Below, one piece after another: positions 29,477-38,831 of a stretch of DNA of 64,000 bases. This DNA is from Candidatus Spongiisociaceae bacterium. GTDB lineage: Bacteria > Actinomycetota > Acidimicrobiia > Spongiisociales > Spongiisociaceae. Position 1 is the first letter of the stretch, and every line of letters begins with the position of its first letter. The position numbers and the translations under genes were made by a program. Under the pieces are notes generated by a model. That model saw nothing but the letters and a program-made list of their open reading frames with translations, did not search any database and was not told the DNA's origin. Location of the stretch: NCBI GenBank assembly GCA_965219685.1, contig CBDCOH010000002.1, forward strand, positions 1,728,001-1,792,000, in the 5' to 3' direction.

Positions 29477-31123
29477 TCAGATCACCAACTCGAGGCGGCG
29501 GTCCCGTTCACGGTCCACACGAGCACGGTCCGCAGGGTCTCCCCAACCACCTCCCCCGCCGGTCTTTACGAGAAGCCGGGTCCCGGCCTCGACCTTGAGA
29601 CCGTTTGCCTTCATCATGCGGACCGGAGACCGTCCGGGGCGGTGAACCCACACGTCGGGCGGCGCACCGTCCTCGCCCCCGAAGAGGCCCCAAGATGGCT
29701 GCTCGGACCTCTCGAACCATAGGTTGACGGTGCAGGGCGCCAGCAGTTCGTACTCCCTGATGATCCCCAGACCGCCGCGCCACTTGCCCTCCCCGCCCGA
29801 GCCGTCCCGTAGAGCGTGACGGTGCAGTATGAACGGATACCGGTTTTCCATCGTCTCGGCCGGGATGTTCCTATAGGCCCCGGCCGCCGAGTGGATCAGG
29901 GCCGACTCGCCGTCTCCTCCCTCGTAGGCGCCCCAGCCCCCGGTCAGGGCCTCCCCCGACAGGAAAAGGCCGAACTCGTTCTCGCCCACGATGCTGACAT
30001 TCCAGGAGTCCCCCACGTGTCCTGCCGCGGTCCGCTGGGGGATCGCCTCGCTCAGCGCCTTGATCATGAGATCGAGCGCCAGCATCAGGTGTGGCCCGTA
30101 ATGGAGGCACGGCGCGGTCTCGCTCGGGTTGAAACAAGTGCCCTTGGGAGCGATCACCTCGAGGTTGCGGAAGTTGCCACCCGACACCGCCGCGTGGGGG
30201 TTGACGAGGAACTTGAAGCCCAGCTCGATGGCGGAGCGCGTCTGGACGACGCCGCTGTTGATGCTCCCCACACATTGGCGGTTGGACCCCGAGAGGTCCA
30301 CCGTCATGCAGTCACCCTCCACGGTGACGGTCACCTTCACGTAGACGGGTTCCTCGGTCACGCCGTCGTTGTCTAGGTAGCCGTCAGCCACGTACACCCC
30401 GTCGGGAATCTCGGCGACCGATGCGCGGTCCTCCATCTCCGCCTGTTCGAACACGACCCGGACGGACGCCTCCACCTGATCCCAGCCGAAACGGCGCACG
30501 ATCGACCGGAACCTCTCCACCCCGGTCCGGCAGGCGCTGATCTCGGCCATCAGGTCGCCAACCAGCGCCGTGGGGAACCGGGAATTGAGCGCGATCAGAT
30601 TCACGATCTGCTGATCGAGACGGCCATCCCGGAAGATACACGTAGGACCGATCCGCAGACCCTCCTGGAAGATGTCAACCGAATCTCCCACGTAGCCGGC
30701 CCGCTTGGCACCGATGTCGTTCCAGTGGGCCTTGGCAGCCGAGAACCCGCGCAGCACACCGTCCACGAAGATGGGCGCGAACACAGTCACGTCGTTCAGG
30801 TGGCTCCCGGCGATGCTCGAGTCGTTGACCACCCAGACATCGCCTTCCCGGAAGGCCTCGTAACCCTTGATCCCGATCACCGCCCGGAGCGTCCCGCCCA
30901 GGCTGCCCAGGAAGAACGGAAGACCGGGCGCCTGGCCCAGCAGGCGACCCTCGGCGTCGAAGATCCCCACGGAGCAGTCCTTCGCCTCGTAGATGACCGG
31001 GCTGTAAGCGCTCCGGTACAGGTTCCGCCGCATCTGCTCCGCCCCGGAGATGAACGCGTTACGAACCACCTCTACCGTCGCAGGCGACGGCGCGGGCGCC
31101 TCGGGGGTTCTAATCGCAGCTAT
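29477..31123 (-). CDS. Hydantoinase B/oxoprolinase subunit, paralog 1
   Basis: GSHLND, AKAHWNDIG, IFQEGLRI, TGGGGGWGDP; no ATG/GTG at the homologous start, ATA 31123 proposed. Confidence 0.88.
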   Translation of the reverse strand: MAAIRTPEAPAPSPATVEVVRNAFISGAEQMRRNLYRSAYSPVIYEAKDCSVGIFDAEGRLLGQAPGLPFFLGSLGGTLRAVIGIKGYEAFREGDVWVVNDSSIAGSHLNDVTVFAPIFVDGVLRGFSAAKAHWNDIGAKRAGYVGDSVDIFQEGLRIGPTCIFRDGRLDQQIVNLIALNSRFPTALVGDLMAEISACRTGVERFRSIVRRFGWDQVEASVRVVFEQAEMEDRASVAEIPDGVYVADGYLDNDGVTEEPVYVKVTVTVEGDCMTVDLSGSNRQCVGSINSGVVQTRSAIELGFKFLVNPHAAVSGGNFRNLEVIAPKGTCFNPSETAPCLHYGPHLMLALDLMIKALSEAIPQRTAAGHVGDSWNVSIVGENEFGLFLSGEALTGGWGAYEGGDGESALIHSAAGAYRNIPAETMENRYPFILHRHALRDGSGGEGKWRGGLGIIREYELLAPCTVNLWFERSEQPSWGLFGGEDGAPPDVWVHRPGRSPVRMMKANGLKVEAGTRLLVKTGGGGGWGDPADRARVDRERDRRLELVI

Positions 31124-31130
31124 CCGGGGG

Positions 31131-32780
31131 TCAGATGACCATCTCGAGGCGGCGGTCCCGTCGGCGATCCTTACCGGCGCGTTCCGCCGGGTCGCCCCAG
31201 CCACCCCCTCCGCCGGTCTTCACGAGGAGCTTGGTTCCCGCCTCGACCTTGAGGTTGTTGGCCTTCAGCATGTGGATGGGGGGCTCTCCGGGACGGGAAA
31301 CCCACACCTCAGGCGGCTTTCCGTCGCTCCCGCCGAACAGCCCCCAGGAGGGCTGGCTGGCCCGCTCGAACCACAGTTGCACCGTGACCGGCTCCAGCAA
31401 CTCGTACTCCCTGACAATCCCCAGGCCTCCGCGCCACCTGCCGTCACCGCCGGAGCCGTCGCGCAGGCTATGGCGGCGCATGATCAGCGGGTAGCGATGT
31501 TCCATCGTCTCGATGGGGAAGTTCTTGAAGTCACCGGCAGCGGAGTGGATGAGGGCGGACTCCCCGTCGCCTCCTTCGTATGCCCCCCATCCTCCTGTCA
31601 GGGCCTCCCCCGACAGGAAGAGCCCGTGCTCGTCCTCGCCCACGATGATGACGTTCCAGGAGTCGCCGACATGTCCCGCGGCGGCCCTGTCCGGAATCGC
31701 CTCGCTCAGGGCCTTGATCATGAGATCGAGCGCCAGCATCAGGTGGGGTCCGTAGTGGAGGCACGGGGCGGTGTCGCTCGGGTTGAAACAAGTGCCCTTG
31801 GGGGCGATCACCTCGAGGTTGCGGAAGTTGCCGCCCGACACCGGGGCGTGCGGGTTGATGAGGAACTTGAAGCCCTGCTCGATCCCGGAACGGGTCTGCA
31901 CCACGCCGCTGTTGATGCTCCCCACACATTGGCGGTTGGACCCCGAGAGGTCCACCGTCATGCTGTCCCCCGAAACGGTGACGGTCACCTTGACGTAGAC
32001 GGGATCCTCGGTGACGCCGTCGTTGTCGAGGTAGCCGTCGGCCACGTACACCCCGTCGGGAATCTCGGAGACCGATGCGCGGTCCTCGGCCTCGGCCTGA
32101 TCGAACACCATCTGGATCGATTGCTCCACCAGGTCCCAACCGAAACGGCGCACGATCGAGCGAAACCGCTCCACACCGGTCCGGCAGGCGCTCATCTCGG
32201 CCATCAGGTCGCCCACCAGAGCGGTGGGGAACCGCGAGTTCAGAGCGATGAGGTCCACGATCTGCTGATCGAGCCGGCCGGCCCTGAAGATGCAGGTGGG
32301 ACCGATCCGCAGACCCTCCTGGAAGATGTCCACGGTGTCCCCGACGTAGCCTGCCTCCTTGGCGCCGATATCGTTCCAATGGGCCTTGGCCGCCGAGAAC
32401 CCGCGCAGCGCACCGTCGACAAAGATCGGCGCGAAGACCGTCACGTCGTTGAGGTGGCTACCGGCGATGCTCGAGTCGTTGACCACCCAGACGTCCCCTT
32501 CCCGGAAGGCCTGGTAGCCCTTGATCTTGATCACGGCCCGGAGCGTCCCGCCCAGGCTGCCCAGGAAGAAGGGAAGTCCGGGCGCCTGCCCGAGGAGGTG
32601 ACCCTCCGAGTCGTATATGCCCACCGAGCAGTCCTTCATCTCGTAGATGACCGGACTGTGCGCGCTCCGGTAGAGGTTCCTACGCATCTGCTCCGCCCCG
32701 GAGATGAACGCGTTACGAACCACTTCGACCGTCGCCGGCGACGGCATGGAAGTCTCGGCGACTCGGGTGGCGGCGCTCAC
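31131..32780 (-). CDS. Hydantoinase B/oxoprolinase subunit, paralog 2
   Basis: Same motifs; GTGA overlap with hydantoinase A. Confidence 0.93.
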   Translation of the reverse strand: MSAATRVAETSMPSPATVEVVRNAFISGAEQMRRNLYRSAHSPVIYEMKDCSVGIYDSEGHLLGQAPGLPFFLGSLGGTLRAVIKIKGYQAFREGDVWVVNDSSIAGSHLNDVTVFAPIFVDGALRGFSAAKAHWNDIGAKEAGYVGDTVDIFQEGLRIGPTCIFRAGRLDQQIVDLIALNSRFPTALVGDLMAEMSACRTGVERFRSIVRRFGWDLVEQSIQMVFDQAEAEDRASVSEIPDGVYVADGYLDNDGVTEDPVYVKVTVTVSGDSMTVDLSGSNRQCVGSINSGVVQTRSGIEQGFKFLINPHAPVSGGNFRNLEVIAPKGTCFNPSDTAPCLHYGPHLMLALDLMIKALSEAIPDRAAAGHVGDSWNVIIVGEDEHGLFLSGEALTGGWGAYEGGDGESALIHSAAGDFKNFPIETMEHRYPLIMRRHSLRDGSGGDGRWRGGLGIVREYELLEPVTVQLWFERASQPSWGLFGGSDGKPPEVWVSRPGEPPIHMLKANNLKVEAGTKLLVKTGGGGGWGDPAERAGKDRRRDRRLEMVI

Positions 32781-34786
32781 GATCCCGACTCTCCCGTCCT
32801 TTCCATGACCAGATGGCCTTCGGCTCCCACCCGGAGTTCCCATCCGGGGGGCACCACCGTCGTGGTGGACGGCTCTATGACGATCGCCGGCCCGGCCAGA
32901 CTGCCGGCCAACTGGTTGCGCGTCACGACCGGGACCTCGACAGTCTGCCCATCGAAGACAACCTCCTCACGAACCTCCAGCGACAGTCCGTTTCCGGTCG
33001 ATCTGCTCCCGCCCGAGCCTCCTTCGAACTCCAGGATCCCGGTGAGGCGGATGGCGACCATCTCGATCGGTGCTTCGGGATTGCAGTGCCCGTACCTTTC
33101 CTCGTAGCGGCTGTGGAAGCTGGCCTTGAAGTCGGCGTCGGCAACCGTGCCCTGAAGCGGGACCCTCAACGTGTACTCCTGGCCGACGTAGCGGAGCTCG
33201 ATTATGGCTTCGAACCGCATCTCAGCCCTGGTCGCGTCGTCGACCTTCATCTCCGTGCAAACCCGGTTCTTGAGACGGGCGATCGGCTCGTGCAGATCCA
33301 GGTAGGGCTCGTCGAGCCTGCGGTAGAAGGTGGACACCGCCGCGTGGCGGACATCGCCCTGGAGCATGCCCCAAGCCGAGAAGACTCCGGGGTCGGAGGG
33401 AATGATCACCCGCTCCACCTCCAGTTCCTCGGCCAGGAAAGCGGCGTGCAGGGGACCGGCGCCGCCGAAGGCCACGATGGCGAAGTCCTTGGGATGCAGT
33501 CCGCGTTCCACCGTGAGTTCTCGGATCGCCTCGGCCATCACGAAGTGCGTTACATCGAGGGCCTGTTCGGCCAACTCGACCGCGTCTAGACCGAAGGTCT
33601 CCGCCACCGACTCCAAGGCCTCCTCGGCCGCCTCTCGGTCCAACTCGAGGGCTCCGGCCAGCTTCTGCGCCCTCGGGAGGCGCCCCAGCATCACGTTGGC
33701 ATCGGAGACCGTGGGCTGGGTGCCGCCCCGGCCGTAACTGGCGGGGCCGGGCGATGAGCCGGCCGACTCCGGACCGACCCGCAGTCCGCCGTGCTTCTCG
33801 TGAATGATGCTCCCGCCCCCGGCGCCGATGCTGACCAGTTCCACCGCCGGCGCCAGGATCGGTAGGCCCTGCAGTTCGAATTCGGACTGCATGCCGACCT
33901 CACCACCGCGCACGATCGAAACATCGAAGGAGGTGCCTCCCATGTCGATGCAGATCAGATCCGGCTGATCCGTCTGGCGACCGACCTCGCGACCACCGAT
34001 GACTCCCCCGACCGGACCGGAATAGAGGGTCAGCACGGCCCTGTCCGCAGCGGAGTCGGCGATCATCGCCCCGCCGTTCGACTGGGTTACGTGCAACTCG
34101 CAGGCAAGACCCCGGTCGGTGAGCGCGGTCGCAAGCCGGCGCAGGTAGTGGCGGACTTTGGGCGTTATGTAGACCGAGGTCACGGTGGTCGATGTCCGCT
34201 CGTACTCACGCCACTCCGGAGCCACGTCATGGCTCATGATGATCGGGATGTCCGGCAGGAGTTCCTTGAGCAACTCCTTCACCTCAAGTTCGTGGAGGGG
34301 GTCCACGTACGAGTGAATGAGCGACACTGCCACGGCTTCGTACTCGCCTTCTGCAATGGCCTTGGCGACCACCTCGACCGAGTTGGTGTCCAGCGGGGTC
34401 AGCACCTCACCCGAGGCGGAAATACGCTCGTCCACCTCGAAAATGGAGTCCCGCTCGGTTAGAGGAGCGGGCTTGCGGTATTTCAGGTCGTACATGTCGG
34501 GCCGGTGCCCGCGACCGATGAGATAAGCGTCGCGGTATCCGCGGGTAGTGATCAGGGCCACCCGCCCTCCGGACCGCTCGAGGAACGTGTTGAGCCCCAC
34601 CGTGGTTCCGTGAATGAAAAGGTCCACATCGGCCAGGTCGGCACCCGCTCCCTCGACCGCATCCAGCACACCTTCGACCAGATCCTCGGGAGTTGTGAGA
34701 ACCTTGGAAACCTCGGTCCCGGACTCCGACTCCAACACCAGATCCGTGAAGGTGCCGCCGATGTCAACCGCAATCCTTGTTCCCAT
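32777..34786 (-). CDS. Hydantoinase A/oxoprolinase ATP-binding subunit
   Basis: VDIGGTFTD, HGTT, SGPVGG, IDMGGTSFD, IGAGGGS, FGGAGPLHA. Confidence 0.94.
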   Translation of the reverse strand: MGTRIAVDIGGTFTDLVLESESGTEVSKVLTTPEDLVEGVLDAVEGAGADLADVDLFIHGTTVGLNTFLERSGGRVALITTRGYRDAYLIGRGHRPDMYDLKYRKPAPLTERDSIFEVDERISASGEVLTPLDTNSVEVVAKAIAEGEYEAVAVSLIHSYVDPLHELEVKELLKELLPDIPIIMSHDVAPEWREYERTSTTVTSVYITPKVRHYLRRLATALTDRGLACELHVTQSNGGAMIADSAADRAVLTLYSGPVGGVIGGREVGRQTDQPDLICIDMGGTSFDVSIVRGGEVGMQSEFELQGLPILAPAVELVSIGAGGGSIIHEKHGGLRVGPESAGSSPGPASYGRGGTQPTVSDANVMLGRLPRAQKLAGALELDREAAEEALESVAETFGLDAVELAEQALDVTHFVMAEAIRELTVERGLHPKDFAIVAFGGAGPLHAAFLAEELEVERVIIPSDPGVFSAWGMLQGDVRHAAVSTFYRRLDEPYLDLHEPIARLKNRVCTEMKVDDATRAEMRFEAIIELRYVGQEYTLRVPLQGTVADADFKASFHSRYEERYGHCNPEAPIEMVAIRLTGILEFEGGSGGSRSTGNGLSLEVREEVVFDGQTVEVPVVTRNQLAGSLAGPAIVIEPSTTTVVPPGWELRVGAEGHLVMERTGESGS

Positions 34787-34834
34787 TGCCAGTGAGTCCC
34801 TTCAACTTGTAGACGCGACGGCCAGCGTACCAGT

Positions 34835-34974
34835 GTGGCTGGTGGCTGGTGGCTGGTGGCTGGTGGCTGGTGGCTGGTGGCTGGTGGCTGGTGGCTGGTG
34901 GCTGGTGGCTGGTGAATAGTGAATAGTGAATAGTGAATAGTGAATAGTGAATAGTGAATAGTGAATAGTGAATG
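34835..34974. repeat. Compound in-phase 7-bp array (GTGGCTG)x11 (GTGAATA)x8 GTGAATG
   Basis: Two unit types joined without a phase break, 48 bp upstream of hydantoinase A. Confidence 0.97.
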
Positions 34975-34991
34975 GTCGTAACATGATGCAC

Positions 34992-35019
34992 CAACCGGCA
35001 ACCGACAACCGGCACCTGG
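34992..35019. repeat. Degenerate 7-bp array (CAACCGG-like)x4
   Basis: CAACCGG CAACCGA CAACCGG CACCTGG, 2 bp from the stop of the small membrane-protein ORF. Confidence 0.7.
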
Positions 35020-35021
35020 TA

Positions 35022-35204
35022 TCAGTTCCGGGTGACGATGGCCACGACGATCGCGAAGGCGGCGATGATCACACCGAGGCCGGCGAGAGCGGTGGCAATC
35101 AGCCAGCGGGTGGACCTGAGGATTCTCTGCTGGGTAACGGCATGGGCGCGGGCGAAGGCCTCTTCAGCCTTTGAATCAGTGTAGCGTTCAGTAGCGGTAG
35201 CTAT
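35022..35204 (-). CDS. Small tail-anchored membrane protein (not in ORF track)
   Basis: Open frame (M)ATATERYTDSKAEEAFARAHAVTQQRILRSTRWLIATALAGLGVIIAAFAIVVAIVTRN*; GC3-rich transmembrane segment; only ATA starts are available behind GGGGGG. Confidence 0.6.
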   Translation of the reverse strand: MATATERYTDSKAEEAFARAHAVTQQRILRSTRWLIATALAGLGVIIAAFAIVVAIVTRN

Positions 35205-35312
35205 CGCTATCCCCCCGTGAATGTGACACTAGACAACAAGTGTACCACAGGGCCTATCAAGCTGTAAGGGTTGGGTTCACCGGTTAGCGAATCGATACCA
35301 CTGGCCTACATG

Positions 35313-35333
35313 CAACCGGCAACGGGCAACTGG
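35313..35333. repeat. Degenerate 7-bp array x3
   Basis: CAACCGG CAACGGG CAACTGG, 10 bp after the DUF885 copy b stop. Confidence 0.65.
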
Positions 35334-35343
35334 CGCCTAATCG

Positions 35344-36978
35344 CTACTCACCTCGGTCGATGGCCTCGATGTCGCTCGCGTCGTCGAGCAGTTCCCAGCG
35401 GAGCAGGGAGTGGGGCACGTTGCCGTTCTTCCACAGGTTGTCGTGGAACCAGCGAAGGCTGAAATCGTCACCGAGGACCCGCTTGGCATCGGCGAGAAGA
35501 CGGATCACCTCCAACTTGCCAACCATGTAGCTCATGGCGAGACCGGGACTGGCAAGGTACATGGCTGTCTCCTCCAGAGCGGTCTGGTAGTCGATCGGGA
35601 CGAGTTCCATGAAGGTCCTCATGCCTTCTTCCAGCGTCATTGCTCCGGTCGCGAGGCTTACGTCCACCACCGAGCGGAGGCTGCGCAGGCGCTTGAAGTT
35701 CTGGACCACCAACCTCGACCACGGTGCGTCGTCGAAGAGACCGGCTTGGAGCATGAGAGACTCGTTGTAGTGGGCCAGCCCCTCGTTGGCGGTCGAGTCG
35801 TAATACCGGCGCCGGACCGGGTTCGTATGAGCCCAGGAGAGAGCCAGCTGCTTGTAGTGTGCTCCTTCGTGGATGATCCCGAGGCGGGGATCGTGAGCTA
35901 TCACCACGAAGAAGTAAGGCAGGGGACCGTTGGGATCCCAGACGTAGGCGAGCCCATCCTCGTCCAGCCGCCGGTCCGAGGTCAGGTCGTTGGCGCAACC
36001 CAACCAGGTGAGTGGCTGGACGTAGGAAGGCAACGGCGCCATGTGGTACCTGGCAAGCGAGCCGGGCTGGGTAAGCAGGTCCTCGCTCTCGTAGAACTCC
36101 CGGACCTCCCGTTCCTGCCGTATCTCATGTTCAGCCTGCTCTTCGGCCGACTTGAAGACGGGCGGTCTCGCACTCTCCGAGCCCCGGTTCCGCTCGATCT
36201 CCTCCCATGCATAGTTGCGGTAGATCTCCCGGTTCGCGAGGAGGACGATCTCCTCCGGGGATAGCGGCAGGAGAGCCACGTTCCGTAGGAACCAGACGAA
36301 GGTCTCACGCCCGACGGGCTCATGGTGGGGCATCTGCTCCTGGCGGTTGCGGAGCCATTCCCGGAAGTCGACCAACTGCGCCGTAGCTTCGGCCCCCGCC
36401 TCCGCCAGCGGTATCCGCCGACCCTGGTCGAAGAGTGGACCCAGTTCGCTCATGGACCGGGGTAGAGCCTCGTCGATATCCTCCAACAGCCGGACCGCGG
36501 CTCCGGCCAATGCCGATGTGCCGGCACGGGTCAGGTTCTCCCTCGCCACCTCCAGTTGCGAGCCCACCCGGTCAAGCTGGTAGATCACCCCGTCCTGCCG
36601 ATCGGTGTCGAACGGTGCGGCCGGGACCATCAAGTCGTAGGCCGGACCCAAAGCCTGATGGACCTGCATCACCGCGTCCCGCTCCCAGTTGCGCAGGATC
36701 CCGACCTCCCACTCCACCCGGGAGATGGCCGACCCGATCAGCCGGTAGTCGACCTGGTCCGGAACCGATTCGCCTGTTACATCCATGGCTTCCCACCGCA
36801 GGCGGAAATCCTCGGCGCGTTCGAGGCGACGCCGGGCGGAGTCCCGGTCGAACTCGGGTACCCAGTCCAGGGGATGCTCCACCCTGGGAACATCGTCCGG
36901 AGTCCGGTAGGAACTAGGAATACGCCACTCCCAGAACTCCCGGCCCAGGTCCTGCACTTCCGGGTTCGGGTTGTCCAT
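35344..36978 (-). CDS. DUF885-family putative zinc metallopeptidase, copy b
   Basis: HEGAH, NEGLAHYNE; colinear paralog of 27005-28639. Confidence 0.85.
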   Translation of the reverse strand: MDNPNPEVQDLGREFWEWRIPSSYRTPDDVPRVEHPLDWVPEFDRDSARRRLERAEDFRLRWEAMDVTGESVPDQVDYRLIGSAISRVEWEVGILRNWERDAVMQVHQALGPAYDLMVPAAPFDTDRQDGVIYQLDRVGSQLEVARENLTRAGTSALAGAAVRLLEDIDEALPRSMSELGPLFDQGRRIPLAEAGAEATAQLVDFREWLRNRQEQMPHHEPVGRETFVWFLRNVALLPLSPEEIVLLANREIYRNYAWEEIERNRGSESARPPVFKSAEEQAEHEIRQEREVREFYESEDLLTQPGSLARYHMAPLPSYVQPLTWLGCANDLTSDRRLDEDGLAYVWDPNGPLPYFFVVIAHDPRLGIIHEGAHYKQLALSWAHTNPVRRRYYDSTANEGLAHYNESLMLQAGLFDDAPWSRLVVQNFKRLRSLRSVVDVSLATGAMTLEEGMRTFMELVPIDYQTALEETAMYLASPGLAMSYMVGKLEVIRLLADAKRVLGDDFSLRWFHDNLWKNGNVPHSLLRWELLDDASDIEAIDRGE

Positions 36979-37091
36979 TTCAGGTCCTCTCACTCAGGGA
37001 ACCAAGAGCGACGGCACTGATGGCAATCCTCTAGGCACCACCCGGTATCCGTCGATGACAGGCTAGAGCCCGGCTGAGCGTGCAAGCGCAG

Positions 37092-38753
37092 CTATCCGGC
37101 GGTCAGATGGACCATTTCGAGGCGGCTGTCCTGCTCCCGGTCCGCAGCTGAACGCTCAGCAGGATCGCCCCATCCGCCTCCGCCCCCCGTCTTCACCAGG
37201 ATCCTGGTTCCGGCCTCGACCTTGAGGTTGTTGGCTTTGAGGATGTGGACCCCGGGCTCGCCGGGGCGGTAAACCCAGACCTCCGGCGGCTTTCCGTCCT
37301 TGCCCCCGAACAAGCCCCACGACGGCGTGGTGGCCCGCTCGAACCACAGTTGCACCGTAACCGGCGCCAGCAGCTCATACTCCCGGATGATTCCGAGACC
37401 ACCGCGCCACTTCCCGTCCCCACCGGATCCATCCCGCAGGCTGTGTCTACGCATGACCAGCGGGTAGCGATGCTCCATCGTTTCGATCGGGAAGTTCTTG
37501 AAGTCTCCTGCGGACGAATGGATCAGCGCCGATTCGCCGTCTCCCCCCTCGTAGGCGCCCCAGCCGCCGGTCAAGGACTCCCCTGAGAGGAAGAGACCGT
37601 ACTCGTTCTCTCCCACGAGTATGACGTTCCACGAGTCCCCCACGACCCCGGCGGCGGCCCGCTCGGGGATCACCGGGCTCAGCGCCTTGATGATTAGTTC
37701 CATCGCCAGGGACAGGTGAGGTCCGTAGTGCAGGCAAGGAGCTGTCTCGCTGGGGTTGAAACAGGTGCCTTCCGGGGCGATCACCTCAAGATTCCGGAAA
37801 TTCCCGCCCGAGACCGGGGCGTGGGGGTTGACGATGAACTTGAAGGCCTGCTCCATGGCCGAGCGGGTCTGGACTACCCCGCTGTTGATGCTCCCCACGC
37901 ACTGGCGGTGGGATCCGGTCAGGTCCACGATCATGCTGTCGCCCGACACGGTCACGGTTACCTTTATGTATACGGGCTCTTCGGTGACGGGATCGCCGTC
38001 GAGATACCCGTCCGCGACGTATACACCGTCGGGGATCTCTGCCACCGAAGCGCGATCCTCGGCCTCGGCCTGGTCGTAAACCAGTTGGATCGACTTCTGC
38101 AGCTGGTCCCATCCGAACCGTCGCACGATCGCACCGAAGCGCTCGACCCCGGTCCGGCAGGCGCTGATCTCGGCCATCAGATCACCCACCAGGGCAGTCG
38201 GGAAGCGGGAGTTCAAAGCGATCAGGTCTACGATCTGCTGATCGAGCCGGCCATCCCGGAAGAGGCAGATGGGCGGGATCCGTACGCCTTCCTGGAAGAT
38301 GTCCACCGTATCGGTGACGAAACCGGCTTCCTTGGCGCCGATGTCGTTCCAATGGGCCTTAGCCGCTGTGAAACCCCGGAGCGTGCCGTCTACGAATACC
38401 GGGGCGAACACCGTCACATCGTTGAGGTGGCTCCCGCATATGACCGAGTCGTTGACTATCCAGACATCTCCCTCCTCGAAGACCTCGTAGCCCTTGATCT
38501 TGATCACCTCACGAAGAGTGCCGCCCAGGCTTCCCAGGAAGAACGGAAGGCCGGGCGCCTGGCCGAGCAGGTGTCCATGCACGTCGTAGATACCCACCGA
38601 GCAGTCCTTCATCTCGTAGATGACCGGGCTATGCGCGCTCCGATACAGGTTCCGCCGCATCTGCTCCGCCCCGGAGATGAACGCATTGCGCACCACCTCG
38701 ACCGTCGCCGGGGACGGCATGGACGAGTCAGAAACTTGAGTAGCCGTGCTCAT
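37092..38753 (-). CDS. Hydantoinase B/oxoprolinase subunit, paralog 3
   Basis: GSHLND, AKAHWNDIG, TGGGGGWGDP; alternative GTG start at 38783. Confidence 0.93.
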   Translation of the reverse strand: MSTATQVSDSSMPSPATVEVVRNAFISGAEQMRRNLYRSAHSPVIYEMKDCSVGIYDVHGHLLGQAPGLPFFLGSLGGTLREVIKIKGYEVFEEGDVWIVNDSVICGSHLNDVTVFAPVFVDGTLRGFTAAKAHWNDIGAKEAGFVTDTVDIFQEGVRIPPICLFRDGRLDQQIVDLIALNSRFPTALVGDLMAEISACRTGVERFGAIVRRFGWDQLQKSIQLVYDQAEAEDRASVAEIPDGVYVADGYLDGDPVTEEPVYIKVTVTVSGDSMIVDLTGSHRQCVGSINSGVVQTRSAMEQAFKFIVNPHAPVSGGNFRNLEVIAPEGTCFNPSETAPCLHYGPHLSLAMELIIKALSPVIPERAAAGVVGDSWNVILVGENEYGLFLSGESLTGGWGAYEGGDGESALIHSSAGDFKNFPIETMEHRYPLVMRRHSLRDGSGGDGKWRGGLGIIREYELLAPVTVQLWFERATTPSWGLFGGKDGKPPEVWVYRPGEPGVHILKANNLKVEAGTRILVKTGGGGGWGDPAERSAADREQDSRLEMVHLTAG

Positions 38754-38817
38754 ATCCGACCCTTCCGTGATATTGGTGGACACCGGCCAGGATAGCGGTC
38801 CCCGGTCAGCGGCAATG

Positions 38818-38831
38818 AACCGGCAACCGGC
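38818..38831. repeat. Two-unit heptamer (AACCGGC)x2
   Basis: Directly abuts the stop codon at 38832; same unit as the 26724 array. Confidence 0.5.

Noticed and set aside
34552-35015. Track ORFs encoding TIHYSLF / QPPATSH repeats
   Set aside because: Same heptamer-array artefact
24021-35333. Tandem arrays as a CRISPR locus
   Set aside because: Units are 7 bp and contiguous, with no unique spacers and no cas genes
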